Source: a virus
Length of the DNA: 64,000 bases
Reading direction: 5' to 3' (one strand)
Virus record (IMG/VR): IMGVR_UViG_3300025237_000002
Coordinates: 46,536-110,535 of that record
Below are positions 1-10,068 of this stretch, one piece after another (the first letter of the stretch is position 1; each line of letters begins with the position of its first letter). Under the pieces are notes generated by a model. It was not told where the DNA came from. It searched no databases and saw only the letters and a program-made list of their open reading frames with translations. The position numbers and the translations under genes are program-made.

Positions 1-29
1 ACCAATATACAATCATTTTAAAGGTATAT

Positions 30-389
30 ATGGAGAAAATAGTTTATGATATTAATGAGGTGTTAGAGGAATACGAATGTGATTGGAGGTCAGTTTTAGA
101 ATTGAAAAACCCAACATTATTTTTCCATGAATACCCAACTAAAGATACTGATTGGGATGATGTCTATCGAGATATGTCAGGTTGGAATGGTGCTTACGTT
201 GGTTCAGTTTATCTTAAACTTGGTATTAAGAGAATGGATGGATGGATGTGTAAAGAGATTATGAAAGGTGAAGAAGAATCCAAGTATACAAAAGAACAAA
301 TGGAATATATGATAAAGTATAACCCACATGTTCACCCAATAATAAAAACTAATTTACTTGAAAACTTACAAACAATTTGGAATATATGA
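30..389 (+). CDS. hypothetical protein
   Basis: 119 aa ORF in dense operon. Confidence 0.7.
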   Translation: MEKIVYDINEVLEEYECDWRSVLELKNPTLFFHEYPTKDTDWDDVYRDMSGWNGAYVGSVYLKLGIKRMDGWMCKEIMKGEEESKYTKEQMEYMIKYNPHVHPIIKTNLLENLQTIWNI

Positions 390-538
390 ATGAAATTAAA
401 GGTGGTGACGGTGTTTTAATAGTGGAACATTCTGGTTATTTTAAGGTATATGATTATGGTGATGACTTATATATATTTTTAGGTCCAGATAAACAGAGTT
501 TAAGAGATTTTACAATAAAAGAAATATATAATGAGTAA
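386..538 (+). CDS. small hypothetical protein (50 aa)
   Basis: ATGA overlap with upstream stop; fills gap. Confidence 0.5.
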   Translation: MNEIKGGDGVLIVEHSGYFKVYDYGDDLYIFLGPDKQSLRDFTIKEIYNE

Positions 539-725
539 AACAGCTAGAATTGAATTAGAAAATATTAAATGTTCTGATGGTTGGACTGGATTAGCCAACG
601 ATTTAGGGTATTCAAACGAAGATGCTAGAGACATTTTCGAATACGGGGAATATGGACATATTACCATTGAAGTTGATGAGAATTTAAATATCATTGGCGG
701 TAAAATACATCCATTTAAAAAATGA
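531..725 (+). CDS. hypothetical protein
   Basis: coupled ORF. Confidence 0.7.
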   Translation: MSKTARIELENIKCSDGWTGLANDLGYSNEDARDIFEYGEYGHITIEVDENLNIIGGKIHPFKK

Positions 726-1078
726 GTGATATAGTACATTATAGAGGTATTCTATATGAGGTTCACCCTCAAAACAACGAGACCATTCAAGAAACGGCTG
801 AGAGATTATTCAATGAGGGAGGTCATAAAGTAAGTGATTATTCCAAAGAATTTTATAGGGGTGATTGGGTAAGAACACTATGCGCATATGCAGAAAATTA
901 CTTCCTATTCAATTATAAACTATATATAATAAAAAAAGAGGAACTAGACCCAAATGATGATATTATCAGTGCTTCATTCAACGAAGATGGTTCTATTGAT
1001 TTTGAACTTAAATACTATAATGGCGGTGCTAGTATGCAAGAAGCATTAGAATCTGCCATGAAAAAATTAAATCTATGA
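722..1078 (+). CDS. hypothetical protein
   Basis: ATGA-coupled ORF. Confidence 0.7.
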   Translation: MSDIVHYRGILYEVHPQNNETIQETAERLFNEGGHKVSDYSKEFYRGDWVRTLCAYAENYFLFNYKLYIIKKEELDPNDDIISASFNEDGSIDFELKYYNGGASMQEALESAMKKLNL

Positions 1079-2019
1079 AAAAATTCGAAGCCGTTAAAGC
1101 AATTCAAAGTACTGATGAGAACGTAATGAAATTCGTTTTCACAACCAAAAACGCTGTTGCTGAAGCAGTGTTGTATAAATACCCGACCTATGAAAAAAGA
1201 ACGGTAATCTGTTGCTCAACCCAAAGTGGTTGTCCAGTAGGTTGTCGATTTTGTGGTACAGGTGACTTCTTTGTTAGGTCATTGAAAGCCGATGAAATTG
1301 TTTATCAAGTTGACCATTGTTTAGAGAGTCAAAGTGTTGATGCTAGTAAGATTCAGAATTTCCAAATTATGGTTATGTCAATGGGTGAACCAATGCTTAA
1401 CTATAAGGAGTTAGAGAAAGCTTTTCGTATTTTAAATGAAAAGTATCCACAAGCTAAATTATTAATCAGTACAGTAGGTCCAAAGGTGAATTACGAACCT
1501 CTTATGGCTCTTGCTGAAGAAATAGATACCATTGGATTACAATTTTCTGTACATGAAAGCACCGATGAAAAAAGAGATGCTTTAATCCCATTCAAGAGTA
1601 AACTTACCCTTGAAGAAATATCAATGGTTGGTGAAGTGTTTTTAGCTCGTACAGGTCGTAAACCATTTTATAATTACTGCGCTCATGATGACAATTCGTC
1701 AGATGAAGATGCTGATAGAATTACCGAATTGTTTAACCCTGATGTTTTTGAGGCGACCATTTCAGTAATTTGTGAAAAAGATGAAAGTGTTTCGGCATCA
1801 AATATAAGGCAACAAACCCTAGCCAATGACTTCAACCAAAAACTAACCGATAGAGGGTTCTCAACAAGAACATTTGACCCAGCTGGTCAAGATGATATTG
1901 GTGGTGGTTGTGGGCAATTATGGTTTGTTCAAGATTGGATGAAAAAGAATCCAGAATATGCGAGAAAATCAGTAGGATTTGGATTGGAAGATATTCATGC
2001 ACCACAAGAACTAGAATAA
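1075..2019 (+). CDS. RlmN/Cfr-family radical SAM RNA methyltransferase (short, lacks N-terminal domain)
   Basis: CSTQSGCPVGCRFC (CxxxCxxC), MSMGEP, DIGGGCGQL motifs. Confidence 0.85.
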   Translation: MKKFEAVKAIQSTDENVMKFVFTTKNAVAEAVLYKYPTYEKRTVICCSTQSGCPVGCRFCGTGDFFVRSLKADEIVYQVDHCLESQSVDASKIQNFQIMVMSMGEPMLNYKELEKAFRILNEKYPQAKLLISTVGPKVNYEPLMALAEEIDTIGLQFSVHESTDEKRDALIPFKSKLTLEEISMVGEVFLARTGRKPFYNYCAHDDNSSDEDADRITELFNPDVFEATISVICEKDESVSASNIRQQTLANDFNQKLTDRGFSTRTFDPAGQDDIGGGCGQLWFVQDWMKKNPEYARKSVGFGLEDIHAPQELE

Positions 2020-2024
2020 ATCTT

Positions 2025-2558
2025 ATGTTAGATAAATTAAAACAAATAGAGAGTAAAGAATTACGTGACCTTTTATTGGACTCTGATAACTGGAATACGT
2101 TAGATGTGGACTATACACCACCTCGTGTTGAGAGATTATGGATGCAATATGACGATGAACATCGATTATTGATACATAAGATTCATCCATGTACCAAAGA
2201 GGAAGCGTTATTTCACCCACACCCTTGGAAATCAGCGGTTCACGTACTACCAGTTGGTGGTGGATATGGACATAGTGTTGGTGTTATGAATATGTTTGGT
2301 GATAAACATATTCATTGTGAAATGGAGGTTCATGGTGAGATGTATTACGAGATGTTAAAACAGGTTACTTGTCATTCAGTTAGACCAATAGGTTTTCCAG
2401 TTTATACAGTAATGTTGATAGGTAAACCAATCTGGAAATGCAATGAGGAAACGTTTCAATATACCCTAAAAGTTAAGCCAACTGATTTGAAACCTTTAAA
2501 CGATAAAGCTAAAAAAGAGCTTTTAGAAGTGGTAAGCAAACACTTTCAATTTAGATAA
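2025..2558 (+). CDS. cupin-like protein
   Basis: HPHPW and later H motif; start moved to ATG 2025. Confidence 0.5.
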   Translation: MLDKLKQIESKELRDLLLDSDNWNTLDVDYTPPRVERLWMQYDDEHRLLIHKIHPCTKEEALFHPHPWKSAVHVLPVGGGYGHSVGVMNMFGDKHIHCEMEVHGEMYYEMLKQVTCHSVRPIGFPVYTVMLIGKPIWKCNEETFQYTLKVKPTDLKPLNDKAKKELLEVVSKHFQFR

Positions 2559-2566
2559 AATAAGAT

Positions 2567-2923
2567 ATGAAAAAATTTATAGTAGTAATTAAACAACATG
2601 GTGAAGGTTGTGGCTATATGATAGCTTGCGGTCAAAAGACAGTTGAAATAGAGGCTAAGGATATCGAACAAGCTGGTCAGAGATTCATTTCAATGATGAG
2701 ATGTTTTGAGGATGATGACGTATCTTGGACTAAAGATTATGGTGGTTATTATGATGAAAATTCATTAGAAAGTGCTGTTATACATGAGGTTATTGATACT
2801 AAAAAAATTGACACTGCTGGTGTTTATGCAGCGTTAGTAACTGAGGAATGTAAAGCATTAGTTGCTGAACAAAATAAGGCTGAAAAGGTAGAGTATGAAC
2901 GTTTAAAAAAGAAATTTGGATGA
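2567..2923 (+). CDS. hypothetical protein (VEIEAxxxEQA motif)
   Basis: ORF with A-rich leader. Confidence 0.7.
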   Translation: MKKFIVVIKQHGEGCGYMIACGQKTVEIEAKDIEQAGQRFISMMRCFEDDDVSWTKDYGGYYDENSLESAVIHEVIDTKKIDTAGVYAALVTEECKALVAEQNKAEKVEYERLKKKFG

Positions 2924-3303
2924 AAAATATATTTAAGAATAACTTTGGATTAACTAAGTCTAAATTTAAAGGAAGTGGTAAAAGTACTATCTCAATAAAT
3001 GGTAAATCCTATGTTGGAAATAACGTTACCGTTGCTGGTAATAAGGTCTACATCGATGGTAAATTATCGGACGGTGAAGAGTCTAAAGAAATCACTATTA
3101 TTGTTGATGGAAACATAGATAAATTAGATGTTGACGTAGCTAATCAAATTAGAGTTAATGGTGATGTTAAATCACTTAAAACAACTTCAGGTGATGTAGA
3201 GGTTTATGGTAATGTTGATGGAAACGTTAAAACTATGAGTGGTGACGTAGAATGCAAATCGATTGCTGGTGACGTAGAAACAATGAGTGGAGATATAAAT
3301 TAA
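2920..3303 (+). CDS. beta-strand repeat protein (DUF4097-like)
   Basis: repeated T(T/M)SGDV units. Confidence 0.65.
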   Translation: MKNIFKNNFGLTKSKFKGSGKSTISINGKSYVGNNVTVAGNKVYIDGKLSDGEESKEITIIVDGNIDKLDVDVANQIRVNGDVKSLKTTSGDVEVYGNVDGNVKTMSGDVECKSIAGDVETMSGDIN

Positions 3304-3308
3304 AGAAA

Positions 3309-3998
3309 ATGAAAATAGCCGTATTTACTGGAGCTGGAATCAGCCAAGAAAGTGGGATAGCCACTTATAGAGACCATGAAGATGGTATGTGGTATGAGTA
3401 TCATACTGAGGAAGTTGCAAGCGCAGAAGCTTGGAAGAATACACCTGAAAAGGTATTAGAATTTCATAATGTTATGCGTGGAAAGTGTCGTAATGTAGAA
3501 GCTAATATAGCCCACGAAGCTCTAGCTAAACTTGAAGAGAAACACGAGGTTACGATTGTAACCCAAAACGTTGATGACTTACACGAGAAAGGTGGTTCAA
3601 CCAACGTATTACATATTCATGGTGAGATAATGAAAGGTAGAGATAGCTTTGATAAAATATTAGACCTTGAAGGTGATTTGAATATAGGTGACAAAGATGA
3701 ATATGGTGAACAAATCCGACCACATACCGTTTTATTCGGTGAAGAACCATTTCATTGGTTTGAGGCTTTGAATGCAATCAACGATGCTGACGTATTTTTG
3801 ATTATAGGAACATCATTCTCAATAGGTTACACAATGTTCATATTAGGTGCTTGTAAGTCTGATTGTAAAGTGATTTACATTGACCCTAAACCAGATTTAG
3901 GTATTCACCATGCTGGTAGTGATGATGTTGAGTTGATATATGCTAAGGCGACTAAAGGAGTGCCAGCAACAGTAGATAAATTAATGAAAAATACTTAA
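3309..3998 (+). CDS. cobB: Sir2-family NAD-dependent deacylase
   Basis: TGAGISQESGIATYR, TQNVDDLHEKGG, HIHG, RPHTVLFGE, IGTS motifs. Confidence 0.9.
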   Translation: MKIAVFTGAGISQESGIATYRDHEDGMWYEYHTEEVASAEAWKNTPEKVLEFHNVMRGKCRNVEANIAHEALAKLEEKHEVTIVTQNVDDLHEKGGSTNVLHIHGEIMKGRDSFDKILDLEGDLNIGDKDEYGEQIRPHTVLFGEEPFHWFEALNAINDADVFLIIGTSFSIGYTMFILGACKSDCKVIYIDPKPDLGIHHAGSDDVELIYAKATKGVPATVDKLMKNT

Positions 3999-4041
3999 CG
4001 ATTCGTTAGGTTATATCAATTATGTTTAGTATCTTTGTCGT

Positions 4042-4911
4042 ATGAAACACATCGTAAGAATTGCTCCGTCACCGACTGGACAATTACATATAGGAACATT
4101 AAGGACTGCGTATTTTAATTGGTTGATAGCCAATCAAAATCCCGACAGCACATTCATTGTGCGAATCGATGACACAGATTTATCTCGTTCTCAAGATGAC
4201 CTCATTCAACCAATATTTGATTCCTTAACCAGTTATGGTTTAAAATGGGATTTAACATTCAGACAATCAAGTAGATTTAGTCGATACCAAGATTTGGCAC
4301 AAGACTTAATCAACAGTGGTAAAGCTATTAGAAGTGATGGTGCCGTTATGTTAAATAATGTACACGCATATAGTTTAGATGCTGATGATGCAGATTTAAA
4401 ATGGACTGATACCATCACAGGACCTAAAACTAAGATATCACCAGATTTGGGTTTCTTAATAAGAAACCAAGTGATTATCAAAAGTGATGGTTCGCCAACA
4501 TATAATTTCGCAAGTGCGGTTGATGATATGGATTATGGTGTAACTTGGATTGTTAGAGGTACTGACCATATAGTTAATACCTATAAGCAAGTAATCTTCT
4601 TTAACTTATTTGGAAAGCCATTACCATTATTTACACACGTAGGTTTGGTTTGTCATCCATCAGGAAAGAAGGTATCAAAGAGAGATAGTGATTCAATGGA
4701 TTTATCACAATACATCCCTGATGCATTATTAAACTACGTATTACGACTTGGATGGTCACCAAGTCAAGACGACAAAACTAATAATATAATTCCAATGGAC
4801 AAAGCAATTAACTTGTTTTTATCTGGTGGTAAAATGAGAGCACCTAACAGTAAATTAGATTTAACTAAATTACAATGGTACAATAAAAAATACACAAATG
4901 GCAATAATTAA
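4042..4911 (+). CDS. glutamyl-tRNA synthetase catalytic-domain-only protein (GluRS/GluQ family)
   Basis: RIAPSPTGQLHIG, RIDDTD, RGTDH, KVSKR, LNYVLRLGWS; 289 aa with no anticodon-binding domain. Confidence 0.85.
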   Translation: MKHIVRIAPSPTGQLHIGTLRTAYFNWLIANQNPDSTFIVRIDDTDLSRSQDDLIQPIFDSLTSYGLKWDLTFRQSSRFSRYQDLAQDLINSGKAIRSDGAVMLNNVHAYSLDADDADLKWTDTITGPKTKISPDLGFLIRNQVIIKSDGSPTYNFASAVDDMDYGVTWIVRGTDHIVNTYKQVIFFNLFGKPLPLFTHVGLVCHPSGKKVSKRDSDSMDLSQYIPDALLNYVLRLGWSPSQDDKTNNIIPMDKAINLFLSGGKMRAPNSKLDLTKLQWYNKKYTNGNN

Positions 4912-5257
4912 ATTTAACCTTGAAGCTAAACATCTAATCTTACTAAAGTTTTTAGATTGGGAACTCATCAAAGATGATAATAATAAACTAAGTACAGTAA
5001 TTGAAGAAGGGGCAACAACACCATTTGGTGGAATTAGCTTGGTTGAAGATATTGGTGTTATGATTTTTGGTAAACCAGAGGGTGACTTTGACCCAATTAA
5101 TGAATATGGAACTCAATACTCTGACGAACAAGAGCGTGAGATTGGAAGGTTATTTTCAGAATTACCGATGGCATTGGAGATAGTTTTATTTCTTCAGACA
5201 TTTGAAGTTGGGGTTTACAAAAGAAAGTGGAACCTTAAAAATTGGAAAAAGATATGA
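4898..5257 (+). CDS. hypothetical protein
   Basis: coupled ORF. Confidence 0.7.
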   Translation: MAIIKFNLEAKHLILLKFLDWELIKDDNNKLSTVIEEGATTPFGGISLVEDIGVMIFGKPEGDFDPINEYGTQYSDEQEREIGRLFSELPMALEIVLFLQTFEVGVYKRKWNLKNWKKI

Positions 5258-5460
5258 AAATAAATAATTGTATGAATTGTGGAACAGAGCAACAACTAGT
5301 AGATGTTGACGAGTTTTATTGTGAAAGATGTGGGGCTAATAATCGAGCTGATGGGTGGTGTGAACAACCTGACCCACAAGAGTCTGAAAGACAACAAGAT
5401 TTTTATGATAATGGACACGATTATAGAGACAAACAAGATTTTGAAAGAGGTAGAAATTAA
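5254..5460 (+). CDS. small zinc-ribbon protein
   Basis: CMNC...CERC. Confidence 0.6.
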   Translation: MKINNCMNCGTEQQLVDVDEFYCERCGANNRADGWCEQPDPQESERQQDFYDNGHDYRDKQDFERGRN

Positions 5461-5475
5461 TTTTAAATAAGATAT

Positions 5476-6438
5476 ATGAAAATAGATTCAGTAATTATTA
5501 ATTTGAACCAAAGCGATAGTCTTATCAATAAAGTCTATGAACGATTAGCTGCAATGAGACATAAAGTACCAATGGGTAAAGCCAACATTCAGGTATTTTC
5601 TGATGGTGAAACTTGCGTTGATTTCTCAACACCAGTTCGTGGTAAAAGAGTTTTCTTAGTGACATCACCTAATTCACCTTTAAAACGTGAACAATTGAAT
5701 TTTGCAATTGATGCTGCTAGAAGAGCAAGTGCGGTTGAAATAATTCCTATCTTACCATATTTTCCATATGCTAGACAAGATAAACGTGACCAACGTAGAG
5801 GACCAATAGGTGCTAGGGTTTACGCTGATTCATTACAAGATGTTGGCGCAACGTCAATCATCACATTTGATTTACATTCAGACCAAATAGAAGGTTTCTT
5901 CAAAATACCTGTAATTCATTTAAGAGGTAAGTATTTGTTCTGTGAATTTATACACGAAATTAGCGATGTTAACACCGTTTTATGTTCACCCGATGCTGGT
6001 GGGTTAAAACGTGTTAAAAAGATTAGAGACCGTATATATGAGAAGTATGATAACAAAATGTCATTCGTTTCAATAGACAAAACTAGAACACAAGCCAATA
6101 AGACTGATAGTGTTGAAATATTAGGTGAGGTTAAAGGTAAAAATGTTATCATGATTGATGATATGTGTGATACTGGTGGTACTTTGATTAAGGGTGCTGA
6201 GGCTTTGATAAACGCTGGGGCAACTTCAGTAAAAGTACTAGTAACTCACGCAATATTAAGTGGTGACGCAAGTCTTAACTTGGGTGCATCAATAATAGAA
6301 CAATTTATATGTTCAGATTCACTTACCCATAGGGGTGTAGGTTCTGATATGGACGGAAAAATGAAAGTAATATCAACTGCAACTGACTTAGCAAATGCTA
6401 TTGTTAGTATCAATGTTGATGGAAGTATAAACCGATAA
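5476..6438 (+). CDS. prs: ribose-phosphate pyrophosphokinase family protein
   Basis: FSDGE, PYFPYARQD, DLHSDQIEGFF, SPDAGG, IDDMCDTGGT. Confidence 0.92.
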   Translation: MKIDSVIINLNQSDSLINKVYERLAAMRHKVPMGKANIQVFSDGETCVDFSTPVRGKRVFLVTSPNSPLKREQLNFAIDAARRASAVEIIPILPYFPYARQDKRDQRRGPIGARVYADSLQDVGATSIITFDLHSDQIEGFFKIPVIHLRGKYLFCEFIHEISDVNTVLCSPDAGGLKRVKKIRDRIYEKYDNKMSFVSIDKTRTQANKTDSVEILGEVKGKNVIMIDDMCDTGGTLIKGAEALINAGATSVKVLVTHAILSGDASLNLGASIIEQFICSDSLTHRGVGSDMDGKMKVISTATDLANAIVSINVDGSINR

Positions 6439-6441
6439 AAT

Positions 6442-6633
6442 ATGATGTGGAAAATACCAAAAATGTGGAGGTGGAGAATAAATAAAATTTGGACAGATTT
6501 TTGGTATAATTATCATCCAGACCCAAATCCAAAATATGGTGGAAGAAGCCGTAGTTATTATACTTTTAGAGAATCAAGACTTGCATTAGTGATAGCAATA
6601 ATAACAATGGTAATAATAATATTTACACTATGA
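6442..6633 (+). CDS. small membrane protein
   Basis: C-terminal hydrophobic helix. Confidence 0.55.
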   Translation: MMWKIPKMWRWRINKIWTDFWYNYHPDPNPKYGGRSRSYYTFRESRLALVIAIITMVIIIFTL

Positions 6634-6842
6634 AAACATTTAATTTAAGAATTTTATTCCCATCATCGAATAAGTATAAAACTGGTAAGTCATACACTGA
6701 GAGCATTTATGCTACGAATGTGCGTTATCATGACACACATTTAGAATTTTGGGATAACGAATCACAATGTGTAATAGCTTCATACCCATCACAATATACT
6801 ATTATAGAAAGTATTGAAGATGATGATATGGACACAAATTAA
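6630..6842 (+). CDS. hypothetical protein
   Basis: coupled ORF. Confidence 0.65.
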   Translation: MKTFNLRILFPSSNKYKTGKSYTESIYATNVRYHDTHLEFWDNESQCVIASYPSQYTIIESIEDDDMDTN

Positions 6843-6847
6843 ACGAT

Positions 6848-7084
6848 ATGGAAGTACATGAATTGATTGCAAAATTACAAAAATGTGACCCTCACGCAAC
6901 GGTCATAAGAACATCATCTAATTTTGAATTGAATGGTGCTAGTGTTAAAGCTAGTGGTGTTCATGAAAGTAAAACTGGTGAGAAGCGTCAAACGAATTGT
7001 CGTGATGCTTTTGATGGTACAGAATACACTACCGAAACTTGGAGTACCTTTGGTGGCGAAGAATCGATAATTTCAATAAGTTAA
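6848..7084 (+). CDS. hypothetical protein
   Basis: MxVxELIxKL-type phage N-terminus. Confidence 0.65.
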   Translation: MEVHELIAKLQKCDPHATVIRTSSNFELNGASVKASGVHESKTGEKRQTNCRDAFDGTEYTTETWSTFGGEESIISIS

Positions 7085-7105
7085 CAGTAAAATTAGTACA
7101 AACAA

Positions 7106-8107
7106 ATGAGTAGGAGAAATAAATTAATACAAGAATTAGAATTCTCTATTAGAAAAGCTAGGGGTAACCCACATCTTTCAAAGCTGCAATTAGATATGAT
7201 TGATGTATCTGAAAAAGTATTAAACAATTATAAAGGAATTGAAGCTATTGAAGCTGAACTTGTGCAGAAAAAAATGGCTAAAAAATTTGGAGTACAGAAA
7301 ACAAACAAACAAATGAATAATTTAATAGGTGTTAGTGGTAAAATAAAGGATGGAAAAGACCTTGTAGGAGAAATGCTTCTATATATAGGTGATAATGTTG
7401 GTGAGCCAACATACGAAGGGTTTGAACTGTATGTTAATTTGGACCCAAGATATACAATTAAGAAGTGTGCGGATAAACTTAAAGATGCCATATGTGTGAT
7501 ATTAGGATGCACAAGAGCACAGCTTGAAGATAGAGATTATAAGGAAAAGGAATTGAGTGAAGAATGGTGGTGCTACCAATTAGGTGATGGTACGCTACTA
7601 CCAAGAGGGTACTACCCCAATAAACCCGATAATGATATGTGTGAAGAACGATATCTAGTTAAATTAACACCTAGAAAAATACTACAAATATTTGGTACTC
7701 AAGGTGGTAGAATGGTAGTTCATCCTAACATATGGGTCAACGCATTATTTGCTGATTATAATTCTTATTCGGCTAGAGGTAGTGAATATGAATTTGAGAA
7801 ATCACATTGGATTATAACGGATATTAGGTTTCCAGAGAATGAAGGTAAAGCCGTATCAAGTAGAGGTGGTTTGCTGATTGGAATTAAGAGATTATTTAAT
7901 TTAAGATTTCCAGAATATACAGAATTAAACGATGCGGAGGGTTATGATATCCCTGAAGAATTGGGGGTAGTTAATCCTGAGTTATATAAAAACTTAATGC
8001 ATGAATCAGAAACTTCAATGGGTGACCATAGTTGGTGTGATGTAATTATTGAAAATAATGGAACTATTGAAGAATTATTTAATAACGTTTTAAAAGCAGT
8101 ACAATGA
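7106..8107 (+). CDS. deoxynucleoside monophosphate kinase (T4 gp1-like); alternative start at 7312
   Basis: GVSGKIKDGKD P-loop, TPRKILQIFGT, ITDIRF, HESE. Confidence 0.8.
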   Translation: MSRRNKLIQELEFSIRKARGNPHLSKLQLDMIDVSEKVLNNYKGIEAIEAELVQKKMAKKFGVQKTNKQMNNLIGVSGKIKDGKDLVGEMLLYIGDNVGEPTYEGFELYVNLDPRYTIKKCADKLKDAICVILGCTRAQLEDRDYKEKELSEEWWCYQLGDGTLLPRGYYPNKPDNDMCEERYLVKLTPRKILQIFGTQGGRMVVHPNIWVNALFADYNSYSARGSEYEFEKSHWIITDIRFPENEGKAVSSRGGLLIGIKRLFNLRFPEYTELNDAEGYDIPEELGVVNPELYKNLMHESETSMGDHSWCDVIIENNGTIEELFNNVLKAVQ

Positions 8108-8319
8108 TAGACATGAAACCATTTCCATATGTATTACCTTTAGATAAACATACTGACTTTGAAAAATATATTATTTTAGAACAAATTAAAGTTTTAGAGC
8201 CATTAGGTTTTACTGAATTAGAAATGTTAGATGGATTTAGTGGATTATCAGATGTTTATACGTTTGAACAATTAAAAGAACTTTGTAAAGATTGGAATAA
8301 ATGGGAAAAAGAATTATAG
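8104..8319 (+). CDS. hypothetical protein
   Basis: coupled ORF. Confidence 0.6.
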   Translation: MIDMKPFPYVLPLDKHTDFEKYIILEQIKVLEPLGFTELEMLDGFSGLSDVYTFEQLKELCKDWNKWEKEL

Positions 8320-9546
8320 TAATAGGTGGTGGGACATTTGAACCCATCAGGAATCATTTAAGTTTATGCGCACCAGCATTTGGTGTTACAGCTAGACATA
8401 TACATAAACGTTTAGAGGGTGCTGAATTACACTTGACTAAGATGTGTGATTGGCGTTCACCGTTGGTGACCAATGATGACGTTGAAGAGTTTATTGATGA
8501 ATTAATTGAAGATAAAACCGTTGGATGAATTAATTGAAGATAAAACCGTTGGAACTATCGTAATGAATGTAGCTTTATGTGATTTTAAAGCGTTACCGAT
8601 TGATGAGAATGAGAATGGGTGGCATGGTAAACGTTTAAAGACATCTGAGGGTGATTTAACGATTACTTTAACCCCAACTGATAAAATCATAAGTAAGATT
8701 AGAAAGGCACGCCCTGACATCTTCCTTGTAGGTTTTAAGACAACAACCAATGAAACGTCAAACGACCAATTTCTTATTGCGTTGAAGATGATGAAGTCAT
8801 CCAAATGTAACTTGGTGTTGGCAAATGATACGGTTACTAGAAACAATATGATTATCACTCCAGAAGAAACTATCTATGGTGAAACTGTTCTTAGATATTC
8901 AGTAATTGAAGAGTTGTGTGAGATGATTGAAATGAGGCAGAGTCTTACGTATCATAGAGGTGAGTTTATTGTAGGTAAAGATATTCCATTTGAAAATGCA
9001 CCTGAAAACTTTAAAGAGGTTATGGGATTTTTACTTGATAATGGTGGTTATATAGAGAATAATGGCAATGGGTTCACACCAGGTCATTTTTGCTATAGAA
9101 GTGATGTATTTGAATCCAATGATTTTATATCTTCACAAAGACTTGTCAATCATAATGATGTGAGAGAAAATGGGATGACCTATGTAACAACTGCTGGAAT
9201 GTGTAAATCTTTCACGTATTTAGGAAGTAAAAAAGCTTCAGTTGGTGCTAGAAGTCAAGCGTTATTACTTAGTGAGAATCCAGAGTATGACTTTATTGTA
9301 CACACTCACAACCCATTAAAGAAAGATAGTTTAATCCCTATAACACCACAGAAACCATTTCAATGCGGTTCTATAGAATGTGGTGTAAACACATTGAATC
9401 ATTTAGGTGATTTCAACGATAGAAATATCAAAGCTGTGTTCCTAGAAAAGCATGGTATTAATATGTTGTTTAAGAAAACAACAAAATCTGAGGACGTAAT
9501 AGAATTCCTCAAAAATAATATAGAATTAGGAGTGAAAATACGGTAA
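8301..9546 (+). pseudogene. CoaB/Dfp-like ligase fused to class II aldolase-like domain, frameshifted by a 28 bp duplication
   Basis: IGGGTFEPI, ALCDF, LVGFK, LVLAND (CoaB); HTH...KHG (aldolase II); duplication 8496-8551 splits the ORF. Confidence 0.7.
8496..8553. repeat. perfect 28 bp tandem duplication
   Basis: GATGAATTAATTGAAGATAAAACCGTTG x2. Confidence 0.95.
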
Positions 9547-9704
9547 CATGAGTGAGTTTACAAGAGAAGAATATCAGAATCATTATGATAATATTACAGA
9601 TGAAATTAAAGCATTAAATAAGAAAAAAAAAGTGTGGGTTGACCACGTTGAATCTAAAGGTTTTGATTTAATAAAAGGTGAATTTGTGAAGCAAAAAAAG
9701 TGAT

Positions 9705-9977
9705 ATGGATAAAATAGAAACAGATTTTTATAAGAAATATGTGGGTAATTACGCTAAGAGATTTTACACTCCATTTAAAGAAGAAAACATATTAAAAATA
9801 GTTGGATTTAAAATGGATAAAGGTGAAGCATTTATTGAAGTTGAGCAAGAAGGAAATAAATGGTTCTGGGATATGGACGATAGTGTTATCATAACAAATG
9901 AGCCATTAGAAGAAGATATCGACAGGGTTGCAAATGTCAAACATTTGCAATATAATGGTTGGAATCCATTTCAATAA
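9705..9977 (+). CDS. hypothetical protein
   Basis: ORF. Confidence 0.65.
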   Translation: MDKIETDFYKKYVGNYAKRFYTPFKEENILKIVGFKMDKGEAFIEVEQEGNKWFWDMDDSVIITNEPLEEDIDRVANVKHLQYNGWNPFQ

Positions 9978-10023
9978 AAATGATAAAAACCTTGATTTTA
10001 ATGGTCTTTTACTAGATTTTTTG

Positions 10024-10038
10024 ATATTTATAGTATAG
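10024..10038 (+). promoter_or_regulatory. putative second-class (late?) promoter ATATTTATAGTATAG
   Basis: identical 15-mer at 12395; both 25-30 nt before ATG. Confidence 0.5.
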
Positions 10039-10068
10039 GGAATTAACAACAAAAACAGTTTTAAATAT

